Positions 1 to 7,877 of a DNA stretch of 48,344 bases are shown piece after piece. Positions within the stretch are counted from its first letter, which is position 1, and every line of letters starts with the position of its first letter. The DNA is from an uncultured Christensenellaceae bacterium (GTDB taxonomy: Bacteria > Bacillota > Clostridia > Christensenellales > CALWSW01): the NCBI GenBank assembly GCA_944384305.1, contig CALWSW010000001.1:1-48344 (forward strand). The letters are read 5' to 3'. The translations under genes were made by a program, and so were the position numbers. The notes beneath the pieces are model-generated. The model was given only the letters and a program-made list of their open reading frames with translations. It was not told the origin of the DNA and searched no databases.

Positions 1-21
1 GTAGGTGATGAGCACGAGCAT
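1..21 (-). CDS. cas2: CRISPR-associated endoribonuclease Cas2, N-terminal 7 codons only (runs off window)
   Basis: The reverse complement of 1-21 reads ATG CTC GTG CTC ATC ACC TAC = MLVLITY, a typical Cas2 N-terminus. A GAGG Shine-Dalgarno sits 4 nt upstream, and the start lies immediately downstream of the cas1 stop (30). Confidence 0.55.
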
Positions 22-29
22 GAAGCACC

Positions 30-1061
30 TCACTTCCAGAAAAAGGGCGGGTATTCTTCCAGGTCGCCCCGCAGGGTCCGGGCAAGCAAAAGGGCCTGCA
101 CGTAAGGCACCAGCCCCCAGGCGAGCTTTTCGCCGAGGAAAGGGTGGGTGATGGTCTCTTGGCGCCGGCGTTGCCAGGCGGAAAGGAAGGCCTTTCGGCC
201 GTCGTCGGTCAGAAGCACTGCGCCGCTTTCCTGCCGGAGAAAATGCTTGGCCGAAAGCAGCTTTTGGTTGATGGCCGTCAGGATGAACCGGTCGGCGTAG
301 ACGCAGCGCAACTCCTCCATCAAGTCGAGCGCCAGGCTTTGCCGCCCCGGCCGGGGGCGGTGCAGAAAGCCCACGTAAGGGTCTAGCCCTACGCCTTCTA
401 AAGCGGCGGTACATTCCCGGGCGAGCAGGACGTAAGAAAAGGAGAGCAGTGCGTTTACGGGGTCGAGCGGCGGCCGGCGGCTGCGGCCCGCAAAGCAAAA
501 ATCTTCGCGCTGCTGCAGAATGAGGCTGTCGAACCCGTCGAAATACTGCTGGGAGGCCGCGCCCTCCAGCCCCCGCAGCTGGCCGAGCACAGCGCAGCTT
601 TGGAGCAGAGGCAAAATGGCCGCCATTCTGCCGGAAAGGGTTTTGAGCTGGCGGACGGGCACGCGCTGCGGGTGGTCGCGCGTGGCGCGCTCCAACACCC
701 AGCGGCCGTTGTACACTTTGCCCAGCAGGAAATTGCGCGCAAAGCGGCAGCTTTCGGCTTCGGCATCGGCCGCGCGGTATTGGGCTTGGCGCAGCAGCAC
801 GTTTCCGCGGGTCTCGCCGGCAACACGGGCTAAAAAGCGCCCGCGCGGCGTAAAAAAGCACAGGTCGACTCCGCGTTCGGCGCAGGCACCCATCAGGGCG
901 GGGCTTGCGCCTGCGTAACTGAAACACAGAATACCTTCGAGCGTGTGCAGGGGAAAGCGGGCGAGCACTGCTTTTTCCCGATTGACCAGCACGTTTTCGC
1001 CTTCCAGGGAAAGGTAGCTATCTTCTGTTAAGACGAATAGGGTGTTCAGCAGCTTTCTCAT
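30..1061 (-). CDS. cas1: CRISPR-associated endonuclease Cas1 (type I-C context)
   Basis: 343-aa ORF with a Cas1-like sequence throughout (MRKLLNTLFVLTEDSYLSLEGENV..., ...SLALDLMEELRCVYADRF...). Its ATG shares an ATGA overlap with the cas4 stop, and it holds the last-but-one position of the cas operon. Confidence 0.95.
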   Translation of the reverse strand: MRKLLNTLFVLTEDSYLSLEGENVLVNREKAVLARFPLHTLEGILCFSYAGASPALMGACAERGVDLCFFTPRGRFLARVAGETRGNVLLRQAQYRAADAEAESCRFARNFLLGKVYNGRWVLERATRDHPQRVPVRQLKTLSGRMAAILPLLQSCAVLGQLRGLEGAASQQYFDGFDSLILQQREDFCFAGRSRRPPLDPVNALLSFSYVLLARECTAALEGVGLDPYVGFLHRPRPGRQSLALDLMEELRCVYADRFILTAINQKLLSAKHFLRQESGAVLLTDDGRKAFLSAWQRRRQETITHPFLGEKLAWGLVPYVQALLLARTLRGDLEEYPPFFWK

Positions 1062-1726
1062 GGCGGGGCCTCCCCTTCAAAAATATGGCTGCGGATGTAA
1101 GCGGCGGCATCGCTTTTTTTGCAGAGCGCGGGCAGGCACAGCTCTTTGAGGGAACAGGCGGCGCAATGCTTGCCGGTGCGCACCTTGGGGGTGTAGCCAC
1201 GCGCGAAGTACTCGTTCATTTCCCTGGCCAAACGCCGGGTTTTTTGGCGCAGCTCTCCGGTCAATTCCACCTGTTCCCTGCGCCGGATGGCGGCGTAGTA
1301 CAGCGCTCCCTGCGGGATGCTGCAAACCAGCATCTCCTCGAGCGCCATGGCCTGCGCGCACAGCTGCAGGCGGTCGGCGTCTTCGTCCTTGGGGCGGCCG
1401 TGTTTGTACTCAACAGGCAGGACCGACCACCGGCCGCACTGGCCCTGCAGGGCGATACCGCCGGGATCCTGGCGGAATTCCACCACGTCGCAGATGCCGG
1501 AAAGCTGCAGGCGGTGGGAGACCACCCGCAGGCCCCGCACGGTCAAAAGATCCCCCCGGCGCTCATAGAGGCCTTCGTCGTGGCAGCGCGCGTGTTCCAG
1601 CCGGCCTTCTGCCGTGCGGCGGTTTTCGGCCCACTGCTCCTCCACGTGGATGAGCGCCCACTGCCGCCGGCAGAAGCAAAAGTGCTGGATGCCCGAAAGG
1701 GGCAGGTACTCCTCTTCGCGCTGCAT
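1058..1726 (-). CDS. cas4: CRISPR-associated exonuclease Cas4 (RecB-like, Fe-S)
   Basis: 222 aa with an N-terminal Cys (IQHFCFCRRQWAL) and a C-terminal Cys cluster (GKHCAACSLKELC), the pattern typical of Cas4. The start overlaps the cas7 stop by 1 nt (TGATG). Confidence 0.9.
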   Translation of the reverse strand: MQREEEYLPLSGIQHFCFCRRQWALIHVEEQWAENRRTAEGRLEHARCHDEGLYERRGDLLTVRGLRVVSHRLQLSGICDVVEFRQDPGGIALQGQCGRWSVLPVEYKHGRPKDEDADRLQLCAQAMALEEMLVCSIPQGALYYAAIRRREQVELTGELRQKTRRLAREMNEYFARGYTPKVRTGKHCAACSLKELCLPALCKKSDAAAYIRSHIFEGEAPP

Positions 1727-2616
1727 CAGCTGCGCCGCTCGCAGGTAACGCCGGCGGGCAGGTCCTCTTCGATCGTCACGGTGTAGTCCACGTAGCTGCG
1801 GGGGGCAATAACGCCCTCTTTGCGCGCCACCTTGACTTTATCGAACAACTTGTAGGAAGGGGCGTTCCCCAATTCAGAATTGTGCCGGAAGATGATGAGA
1901 TCGCGCACGGCCATTTTGCCGCGGGCGGCGCTGTGGTCGTGTTCGAACATGTTGAGGATGGCTTCCCACAGCATGTTCAGGTCCTCTTCCGAAAAACCGG
2001 TGGTCTTGCGGGCGAGGTTGGCCGAAACATACCCTTCCACGCGGTACAGCCCGTAGGGAACGATGTGCTTGCGGCCCATTTCCGTGCCCTTCTTTTCGGC
2101 GTCGGCTTCGGTGGTGATGGCCACGCGGGTAATGGTCACTTCCTGCGGGAGGATGGGGTCGATGCTGCGCGCAAAGCCCAGCTGCACCGGCCCGCGCACC
2201 TGGCCGCAGTTGAGGTTGCCCTTTACAAAGGTAGTCATGACAGCGCCGAAGGTGCGAATGTCGAAGAAATTTTGGCACATAAAATCGCGCACCTTGACAT
2301 CGAGCGAGGGGTCGGCCTTTTTGGCGGCTTTGAGGTCGCCTGTGACGCCCAAATAGGTCAGTGCCTCGGCGTCGCTGCGGTTGAGGGGCACCTGGTCTTT
2401 GATGTAGATGCGCCAGCCGGGCGTGTCTTCCTTGACGATTTCCACGTAGTTGCGGATCTTTCGCTTGAGGCAAACGTCGGTCACCAGGCCGCAGCCGGTC
2501 TCGGGATCGATGCGGGGCATGTTGCCCGAGTCGGGGTCGCCGTTGGGATTGCCGTTTTCTACGTCGAACAGAACGACGAAATCGCAGCGGTTTTTGATAG
2601 CTTCAGACATGGTCAC
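1726..2616 (-). CDS. cas7: Cascade backbone subunit Cas7 (Csd2, type I-C)
   Basis: 296 aa. The N-terminal FVVLFDVENGNPNGDPDSGNMPRIDPETG is the Csd2/Cas7c signature. GTG 2616 overlaps the cas8c stop; the alternative ATG 2610 lies 10 nt after the GGAGG. Confidence 0.9.
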   Translation of the reverse strand: MTMSEAIKNRCDFVVLFDVENGNPNGDPDSGNMPRIDPETGCGLVTDVCLKRKIRNYVEIVKEDTPGWRIYIKDQVPLNRSDAEALTYLGVTGDLKAAKKADPSLDVKVRDFMCQNFFDIRTFGAVMTTFVKGNLNCGQVRGPVQLGFARSIDPILPQEVTITRVAITTEADAEKKGTEMGRKHIVPYGLYRVEGYVSANLARKTTGFSEEDLNMLWEAILNMFEHDHSAARGKMAVRDLIIFRHNSELGNAPSYKLFDKVKVARKEGVIAPRSYVDYTVTIEEDLPAGVTCERRS

Positions 2617-2978
2617 TGTTCCTCCTTTTTGGTGTAGCGCTTTTGCGTTTCGTGGTAATAGCCGAGCTGAAAGGCGCCCTGCTCCTCAAGCGTCAGGCGG
2701 GCGGGCAGGGTCTCGTGGATGCGGGCAAGCAGTTCGCCGATGCGGCGGTCGTAAAAGACCCGAAGGCCGCCCTCCAATTTGGAGAGATGCTTTTGTGCCA
2801 GGTTGAGGAGCGTGGGGAAGACCACAGCCGGCGTGGCCGAAGCCGAGTTGAAATAGCGTTCGCGAATGGTGGTGTTGATGCCGGGGTTGGCGGCTGCCTG
2901 CACGGCTTCCAGCACCGAGAACAGACGGCCGAGCACGTAGGGCACATAGCTGCTTTGTTCGTTGAGTTCCACAGTCAT
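2613..2978 (-). CDS. cas11c: Putative Cas11c small subunit, translated from an internal start inside cas8c (same frame)
   Basis: An in-frame ATG (2978..2976) lies 121 codons before the cas8c stop. A perfect AAGGAGG (2987..2981) precedes it; spacing is 2 nt to the ATG and 8 nt to the next in-frame GTG (2972..2970). This matches the known internal-translation origin of I-C Cas11. Confidence 0.45.
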   Translation of the reverse strand: MTVELNEQSSYVPYVLGRLFSVLEAVQAAANPGINTTIRERYFNSASATPAVVFPTLLNLAQKHLSKLEGGLRVFYDRRIGELLARIHETLPARLTLEEQGAFQLGYYHETQKRYTKKEEQ

Positions 2979-4376
2979 GACCTCCTTGAGAGATTCGTTG
3001 CGGGAGTTGCGCAGATAATAGGCTTTGAGGATGGCTGCCCGCCCGCGATTCACGGTTTGTTCGGCGCGGATGCGCAGCGTGACGCCTGTTAGCAGTGTGG
3101 CGGGGTACAGGCCGTTGGTGAGGATGGCGAGCAGCAGGTCGCCGCTTAGGCGCTTGCTGGGTTCGGGGGTGCGGGCGTTCAGATTGACGGTCTCGCGCAG
3201 CAGGCGCCAGACGGGAAGCGTGGGGTAAGGGTCGAAGGAGGGCCGCACGATCTCTAAGCGCTCGTAATGCCGGGCGATGTTTTGCGCCAGCAAGCCGAAG
3301 CTGTTTTGCCAGAAGAAGCGCACCGAAAGGCGGCTGGCGTTGGGCGCAAGGCCGAGGATGTAGAACCGGCAGTTGGGGTCGAGCGAAACGCCCGGCCAGT
3401 CGGCGGGCTCTCCGCTGGCCAGTTTTTCCAGCGCGGCGCGGAGCTCTGCCGGGGCAAGCGCATGGGCCGCGTCAGCACCTTCATCGGGCTCGTCGTCGAA
3501 CATGGCCATCATGGTGAAGTCCTGGTAGGCGTCCTCGCCCCCTTCGGCCCAGCAGACCACCGTCGTGTCGCCGATGCGGCGCATGTGCTCCCGGTCGGCG
3601 ATGAGGTAGTTGAGGGCTGCGCCGTAAGCAAAGGCCGCGTAAGTGCCGGTGGGGGCGTTGCCGCCCTGCTCCTCGTCGTGGCCGTACGACCAGAACGAGG
3701 GCGCGTTGAAGGAGACCAGGGAAGCGCCGCTGGACTGCGCGCCCTGCACCCCCTTGATGGAAGGGTGGAGGACGGCAAGGGGGGCGTGTTTGCCCGTGAC
3801 TAGGCAGAGGATTTCCTTGCCCTCGCCGCTGTTGCTGTAGTGCTGTTCCCAGGCCCGGCGAATGGCGGAGTCTGTGGTGACGGGTTCGCCATCGTACCAG
3901 AAGATCAGATTGCCGCCCTTTATCAACTCCTCCCAGTCCTGCTGCAGCGCGGGGCAGGAAGCGGCCTGCGCGGGGTCCCAACGCTCAAAAAAGGCGGTGA
4001 CGGCCCGGGCGGCGGGGGAATCGACCGATGCGAGCAAGTTGAGGTGCAGCGCCTTTGCGGCGGCAAAGCAGTCGGCGGTGCGCCCGGGATTGCCCTTGGC
4101 GTCGGCCCCTAGCAGGTAGCCGCTGTTGTCGCACAGGAAGTTGGCCGCCACGCCCACCGTGCGCTTGACGGGGGCGGGAACTTCGAGTTCCTGTGGGACC
4201 GAAAGAGTTTTTTTGCCGCGCTGCACTTCCTGCTGCAGCGGCAAAAGCAGCAAAGGCGAGCCATCGGCCGAGAGCTCGAGCGCCCAGGAGACCTTGGCTT
4301 TTGACCAGCCGGAGGCGGCGATTTTGCCGCGTTTCAGCAGGATCTCGTAATAGCGCGTCAGCGCCTGCAGGATCAT
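2613..4376 (-). CDS. cas8c: Cascade large subunit Cas8c (Csd1, type I-C)
   Basis: 587 aa starting MILQALTRYYEIL.... Its size and its position between cas5 and cas7 fit Csd1. The start shares an ATGA overlap with the cas5 stop. Confidence 0.9.
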   Translation of the reverse strand: MILQALTRYYEILLKRGKIAASGWSKAKVSWALELSADGSPLLLLPLQQEVQRGKKTLSVPQELEVPAPVKRTVGVAANFLCDNSGYLLGADAKGNPGRTADCFAAAKALHLNLLASVDSPAARAVTAFFERWDPAQAASCPALQQDWEELIKGGNLIFWYDGEPVTTDSAIRRAWEQHYSNSGEGKEILCLVTGKHAPLAVLHPSIKGVQGAQSSGASLVSFNAPSFWSYGHDEEQGGNAPTGTYAAFAYGAALNYLIADREHMRRIGDTTVVCWAEGGEDAYQDFTMMAMFDDEPDEGADAAHALAPAELRAALEKLASGEPADWPGVSLDPNCRFYILGLAPNASRLSVRFFWQNSFGLLAQNIARHYERLEIVRPSFDPYPTLPVWRLLRETVNLNARTPEPSKRLSGDLLLAILTNGLYPATLLTGVTLRIRAEQTVNRGRAAILKAYYLRNSRNESLKEVMTVELNEQSSYVPYVLGRLFSVLEAVQAAANPGINTTIRERYFNSASATPAVVFPTLLNLAQKHLSKLEGGLRVFYDRRIGELLARIHETLPARLTLEEQGAFQLGYYHETQKRYTKKEEQ

Positions 4377-5017
4377 CGCAGCACCTCGCAGTCTGAAACA
4401 TTCAGCACGCCCTGTTCGAGCCGGGCACGAAAGTAGGTCGGTTCGATGCTGGCGGGGTCAGAATAGTCAAAGTCGTAGAGCGTGAGGCCGAGGTCGCGGG
4501 TCGCGGGGATGGCGGGAATGGGGCCGCCCGGCCAGCGGCGGAAATTTGCCGGGAATTCCCGGCAGCCGCAATAAGGCGTGTGGAAGCACTGGCCGCGTTC
4601 CATCCGGCGGGTGACGATGTCCTGAAATTTGCCGGGATTGTCGCTGGGGGCGGCGCGTTCTGTCATGTCGAAGTGCGCTTCGATCACGTAGTGCACATCC
4701 TGCAGCACCAGGGAAGCCCGCTGGACGATGTCCTGCGAAGCGGCGATGCAGAGCGGCTGGGTGCCGCCCCGCATGGCGCTGCGGGCGGCGGAACACAGCA
4801 GTTTGCTTTTGACCTCGTTGCGCCGGACGCTGGTGAAGCGGATGGGGGAGAGCACATAGATGCGGTCGATCACCCACTTGAGCCCAGGGTGAAAATAGAC
4901 GGCTTCCACAATGCCGCGCGCCGCCGAAGGGGTGGGGACATCGTAACTCATGCGCTCAACCTTGAGTTCCGGTCTGGAGAACAGCGCGTAATCCCCCCAG
5001 ACCTCCAATTGGATCAT
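4373..5017 (-). CDS. cas5: Cas5 (Cas5d, type I-C pre-crRNA endoribonuclease/Cascade subunit)
   Basis: MIQLEVWGDYALFSRPELKVERMSYDVPTPSAARGI... is the Cas5d signature. The ORF-track GTG (5026) abuts the GGAGG (5030..5026), whereas ATG 5017 is 8 nt downstream of it, so I call 5017 as the start. Confidence 0.9.
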   Translation of the reverse strand: MIQLEVWGDYALFSRPELKVERMSYDVPTPSAARGIVEAVYFHPGLKWVIDRIYVLSPIRFTSVRRNEVKSKLLCSAARSAMRGGTQPLCIAASQDIVQRASLVLQDVHYVIEAHFDMTERAAPSDNPGKFQDIVTRRMERGQCFHTPYCGCREFPANFRRWPGGPIPAIPATRDLGLTLYDFDYSDPASIEPTYFRARLEQGVLNVSDCEVLR

Positions 5018-5129
5018 GGAATACACCTCCTTTGTGATCTTTGCTTGTTGATCATTATGGTTGGTTTTTTTTACCGTTCGCTTGGTCGCCCCTTTTTGGT
5101 GCTCCCGGCCTGCAAACGGTGCAGGGTAT

Positions 5130-5146
5130 CTTTTCTTTCAGAAAAG
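5130..5146. promoter_or_regulatory. Perfect 7-3-7 inverted repeat CTTTTCT-TTC-AGAAAAG in the cas3-cas5 intergenic region (candidate operator)
   Basis: Read directly from the sequence. It lies about 110 nt upstream of the cas5 start, inside a 255-bp AT-rich gap in an otherwise overlapping operon. Confidence 0.3.
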
Positions 5147-5272
5147 TTCTGCGAATCTGGTAATTAAATTGTCGGATTCGATCGCACAAATTCCGAAGTT
5201 GCCGTTGTTCTGAAAACTGCGATTTCGTGTGTTTGTTTTGCAAGGAACCCCTTTGCGTTCCCTGCGGTTTCC

Positions 5273-7450
5273 TTAAGAAAACAGTCCGACCCCTCCTTCC
5301 ACCTCCAGCTGCAGCCCGGTGTCGGGGTCGTAGCAATCGGTGCGGGTCAAAACATAACAGCCGCTGTCCAACCGTTCGACAGCTCCCGCGGCCTCGAGCG
5401 CTTCCAGGTGCTGGGGGTAGACGCTGACGGCGTACTGCCCCAATTTGCGGTACAGGCCCTTTTCGTGCAGGCCGGCGCGCAGCTGGTTTACCAGCCCGGC
5501 TCCTTCGCCGATGGGCAGGTAGATGGCAGTGGTGGGGGAGTCGATCAGCCGGAAGGAATCCGCCACATGGGCAAAGGGAAAGACGCTGCCGCAGTGCCCC
5601 TCTTCAATGCTCTTTAAAATCTGCTGGCGGTCGAGTTCATTGCGCCCTTTCAGCTTTAAAAAGTAGTCAAAGTAAGTGTCGGCGGCGCTGGGCGAAGCCA
5701 GGTCGCTGTGTTTCTTTTCTGCGGCGTGCAGGGCAGCGATGTTTGTGCGAAGCAAAGAAAGCGGTTCGGCCCCTTCTAGGCGAAAGATTTTTACAAGGCT
5801 CTGTTCGGGCGGGCGGCGGCCTTCGCGGTTGCAGCGCCCGGCGGCCTGCAGAATGGAATCCAACCCGGCCTCTTCCCGCCAGGCTGCGGGAAAGTCCAGA
5901 TCGACGCCCGCTTCGATGAGCGAGGTGGAAACCACCCGGCAGGAGAGCCCCTGTGCCAGACGGGTGCGGATCTCGGCGATCTTCTGTTTGCGGCTGGCGG
6001 GGCAGAGCAGGGTGGTCAGGCAGAAGCTGCCTTCGCGCGGGAGACTTTGGTAAAGCGCCTGCGCGGTCTTCCGGCGGTTGACCACGCACAGCACCTGCCT
6101 AGCGGCGCCTAGCTCGTTTGCCAGTGCTTCTTCGTTTAGGGTGCCGGCGTTTTGAAAGGTCGCGCGGCGGAAAAAGCCGGAAAGCGCCTGGCGGTCGGGG
6201 CAGATCTCCTGCGCCGTGAGCCCGCCGGATTCTTGAAACAGAGGAGCGAGCTTGGGCTGCGTAGCCGTACACAGCACGGCGGTGACGCCGTAGTGCTGCA
6301 CGAGTTCTGCAATGGCGGCCACGCAGGGGCGCAGGTAGGGTACGGGCAGGGTCTGGGCCTCGTCAAAAATGACGACGCTTTGCGCGATGTTGTGCAGCTT
6401 GCGGCAGCGGGAAGAGCGGTTGGCGTAGAGCGATTCAAAGAACTGCACCGCCGTGGTCACCACCACGGGGACGTCCCAGTTTTCGGTGGCGAGCACCTTG
6501 CGGTAAACGGAAAGGCTGCTGCCGTTTGCCGCGTCGGTTTGCATGAGGTACTCTGCGCCGCTGTGGTGCTCCAACACGTTTTCTGCCCCCAGGATCTCCT
6601 GGAACTTGCCGGCGGTCTGGTCGATGATAGAGGTGTAGGGAATGACGTAAATGACCCGCTGCATCTGGAGCTTTACAGCCATGGAGAACGCAAAGGCCAG
6701 AGAGGCCACGGTCTTGCCGCCGCCCGTGGGCACGGTAAGGGTGTAAAGCCCCTGGGGGAAGGAAGCGCCCTTTGCAAAGCAGGCCTTTAAAATTTCGCTG
6801 CGCTTTTGGTTGAGGGGCGTTGTGGCGTTCCACCAGCCCTGTGCTTCGATGTAGCGCTCTAAAAGAGCCAGCAGCTCGGGCAGGGAAGCGTGGCCGCCCC
6901 GCGGGGCGGCAGAACCGCGCATGAAGGTCTCGGTATCCTGGTAGTCGGCGTCCACCAGGCAGGAATAGAGCATGCGGGTGTAAAAGAACTGGGCAAAGGG
7001 GCTGGAATGGCGCAAAAAATCCGGGTGGCGCACGGGGCCCTGGGGCAAACGGATCTCGCTTTGCCAGGCGCTGCAGTCGGGCAGGGCGCGCTTGAGGCGG
7101 CCGAACAGCGTGGCCTGCCCGGCAGTATCGGTGCGGCTGCCGCCGTCGGGAATGCCGCCGTGATGGCCGGCGATGGCGAAGGCGGCGGAGGTCTGCCTGA
7201 GTTTTTGGGAAACCTGAGCGCCGGCGGTGGAATGGTCGACCACCCTGCCGCCGTGCAGGCGCTCCTGAAAGCCCCGGCTGTATTTGCCGATGTCGTGCAG
7301 CAGCCCCGAAAGGCGGGCGGCTTCTTCCCCGCCGAAGGGGCGGGCGAACTCTGCGGCGAGCGCGGCGGTGTTTTCCAGGTGTTCCCGCACGGTTTGTGTG
7401 CGGGTGTGGTCTTCTGAAATGTGGGCGAGATAGGGGGGATTTGGATTCAT
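5273..7450 (-). CDS. cas3: Cas3 helicase-nuclease (HD domain + DEAD/DEAH-box helicase)
   Basis: 725 aa. The N-terminal HD motif is LSGLLHDIGKYS, with helicase Walker A TVPTGGGKT and a DEAQ box (VVIFDEAQ). AAGGAG lies 6 nt upstream of ATG 7450. Confidence 0.95.
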   Translation of the reverse strand: MNPNPPYLAHISEDHTRTQTVREHLENTAALAAEFARPFGGEEAARLSGLLHDIGKYSRGFQERLHGGRVVDHSTAGAQVSQKLRQTSAAFAIAGHHGGIPDGGSRTDTAGQATLFGRLKRALPDCSAWQSEIRLPQGPVRHPDFLRHSSPFAQFFYTRMLYSCLVDADYQDTETFMRGSAAPRGGHASLPELLALLERYIEAQGWWNATTPLNQKRSEILKACFAKGASFPQGLYTLTVPTGGGKTVASLAFAFSMAVKLQMQRVIYVIPYTSIIDQTAGKFQEILGAENVLEHHSGAEYLMQTDAANGSSLSVYRKVLATENWDVPVVVTTAVQFFESLYANRSSRCRKLHNIAQSVVIFDEAQTLPVPYLRPCVAAIAELVQHYGVTAVLCTATQPKLAPLFQESGGLTAQEICPDRQALSGFFRRATFQNAGTLNEEALANELGAARQVLCVVNRRKTAQALYQSLPREGSFCLTTLLCPASRKQKIAEIRTRLAQGLSCRVVSTSLIEAGVDLDFPAAWREEAGLDSILQAAGRCNREGRRPPEQSLVKIFRLEGAEPLSLLRTNIAALHAAEKKHSDLASPSAADTYFDYFLKLKGRNELDRQQILKSIEEGHCGSVFPFAHVADSFRLIDSPTTAIYLPIGEGAGLVNQLRAGLHEKGLYRKLGQYAVSVYPQHLEALEAAGAVERLDSGCYVLTRTDCYDPDTGLQLEVEGGVGLFS

Positions 7451-7544
7451 GGCAGGCTCCTTTGCCGGACGATGGGTAGAAAGGGGAGGCTAAGAAAAGC
7501 ATAGCAGACGGCCTGTACCATAGAAAGGCCATCTTAAAATGAGT

Positions 7545-7579
7545 GAACGAAAAATGCCGCCCGGAGGTTTTTGGGCGGC
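7545..7579 (-). terminator. Rho-independent terminator (minus strand) just upstream of the cas3 promoter region
   Basis: On the minus strand: GCCGCCC-aaaaacctcc-GGGCGGC (7-bp GC stem, 10-nt loop) followed by ATTTTTCGTT. Confidence 0.6.
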
Positions 7580-7617
7580 ACAAGGGCGGCGCAGGTGAGG
7601 CAGACGCCCCAGGGGTG

Positions 7618-7649
7618 ATTTCGATCCACGCCGCTTCCAGGGCCTGTTG
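7618..7649 (-). repeat. Orphan, half-degenerate type I-C CRISPR repeat (3' 13 nt intact)
   Basis: The minus strand reads CAACAGGCCCTGGAAGCGGCGTGGATCGAAAT. The last 13 nt (CGTGGATCGAAAT) are identical to repeat R2 of the mini-array; the 5' hairpin half is unrelated. Confidence 0.45.
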
Positions 7650-7877
7650 TGCAGACCGCTGGCCCGCCCGAGCTCTGGGAGCGGCGGCAGTGATGACCCG
7701 GGAGAGCCCGGTATGGTTCGGGTTTTGGCTTGTGCCCTTGGTTCGGACGGCGGCAGGGGAATGATCCCCTCCCGCGTTTTGGGCAGGTTTCGACCAGCGT
7801 TTGAGAGACCGCGGCAAACATGGACGGGCTCTTACCAAACGGCGCTTGAAGGCGTGCCCGGGCTTGTTCACCTCGGC

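Noticed and set aside
5171-5182. Partial match of the mini-array spacer to the cas3-cas5 intergenic region (ATCGAATCCGACA versus spacer GTCGAATACGAAG, 9/13)
   Set aside because: The 5' flank on the protospacer strand is GCG, not a TTC-type I-C PAM. The match is short, mismatched at position 1, and partly explained by resemblance to the repeat tail. It is not evidence of self-regulation.
7650-7877. Idea that D (7618) and R2 (7878) are ends of a five-repeat array whose three middle repeats decayed (260 nt = 4 x 65)
   Set aside because: I checked the expected positions (~7683, 7748, 7813). Only weak, non-periodic look-alikes exist (7741 gttcggacgg...ggaatgatc; 7788 gtttcgaccagcg), so regular array structure cannot be supported. 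I kept it as an alternative explanation inside the findings.
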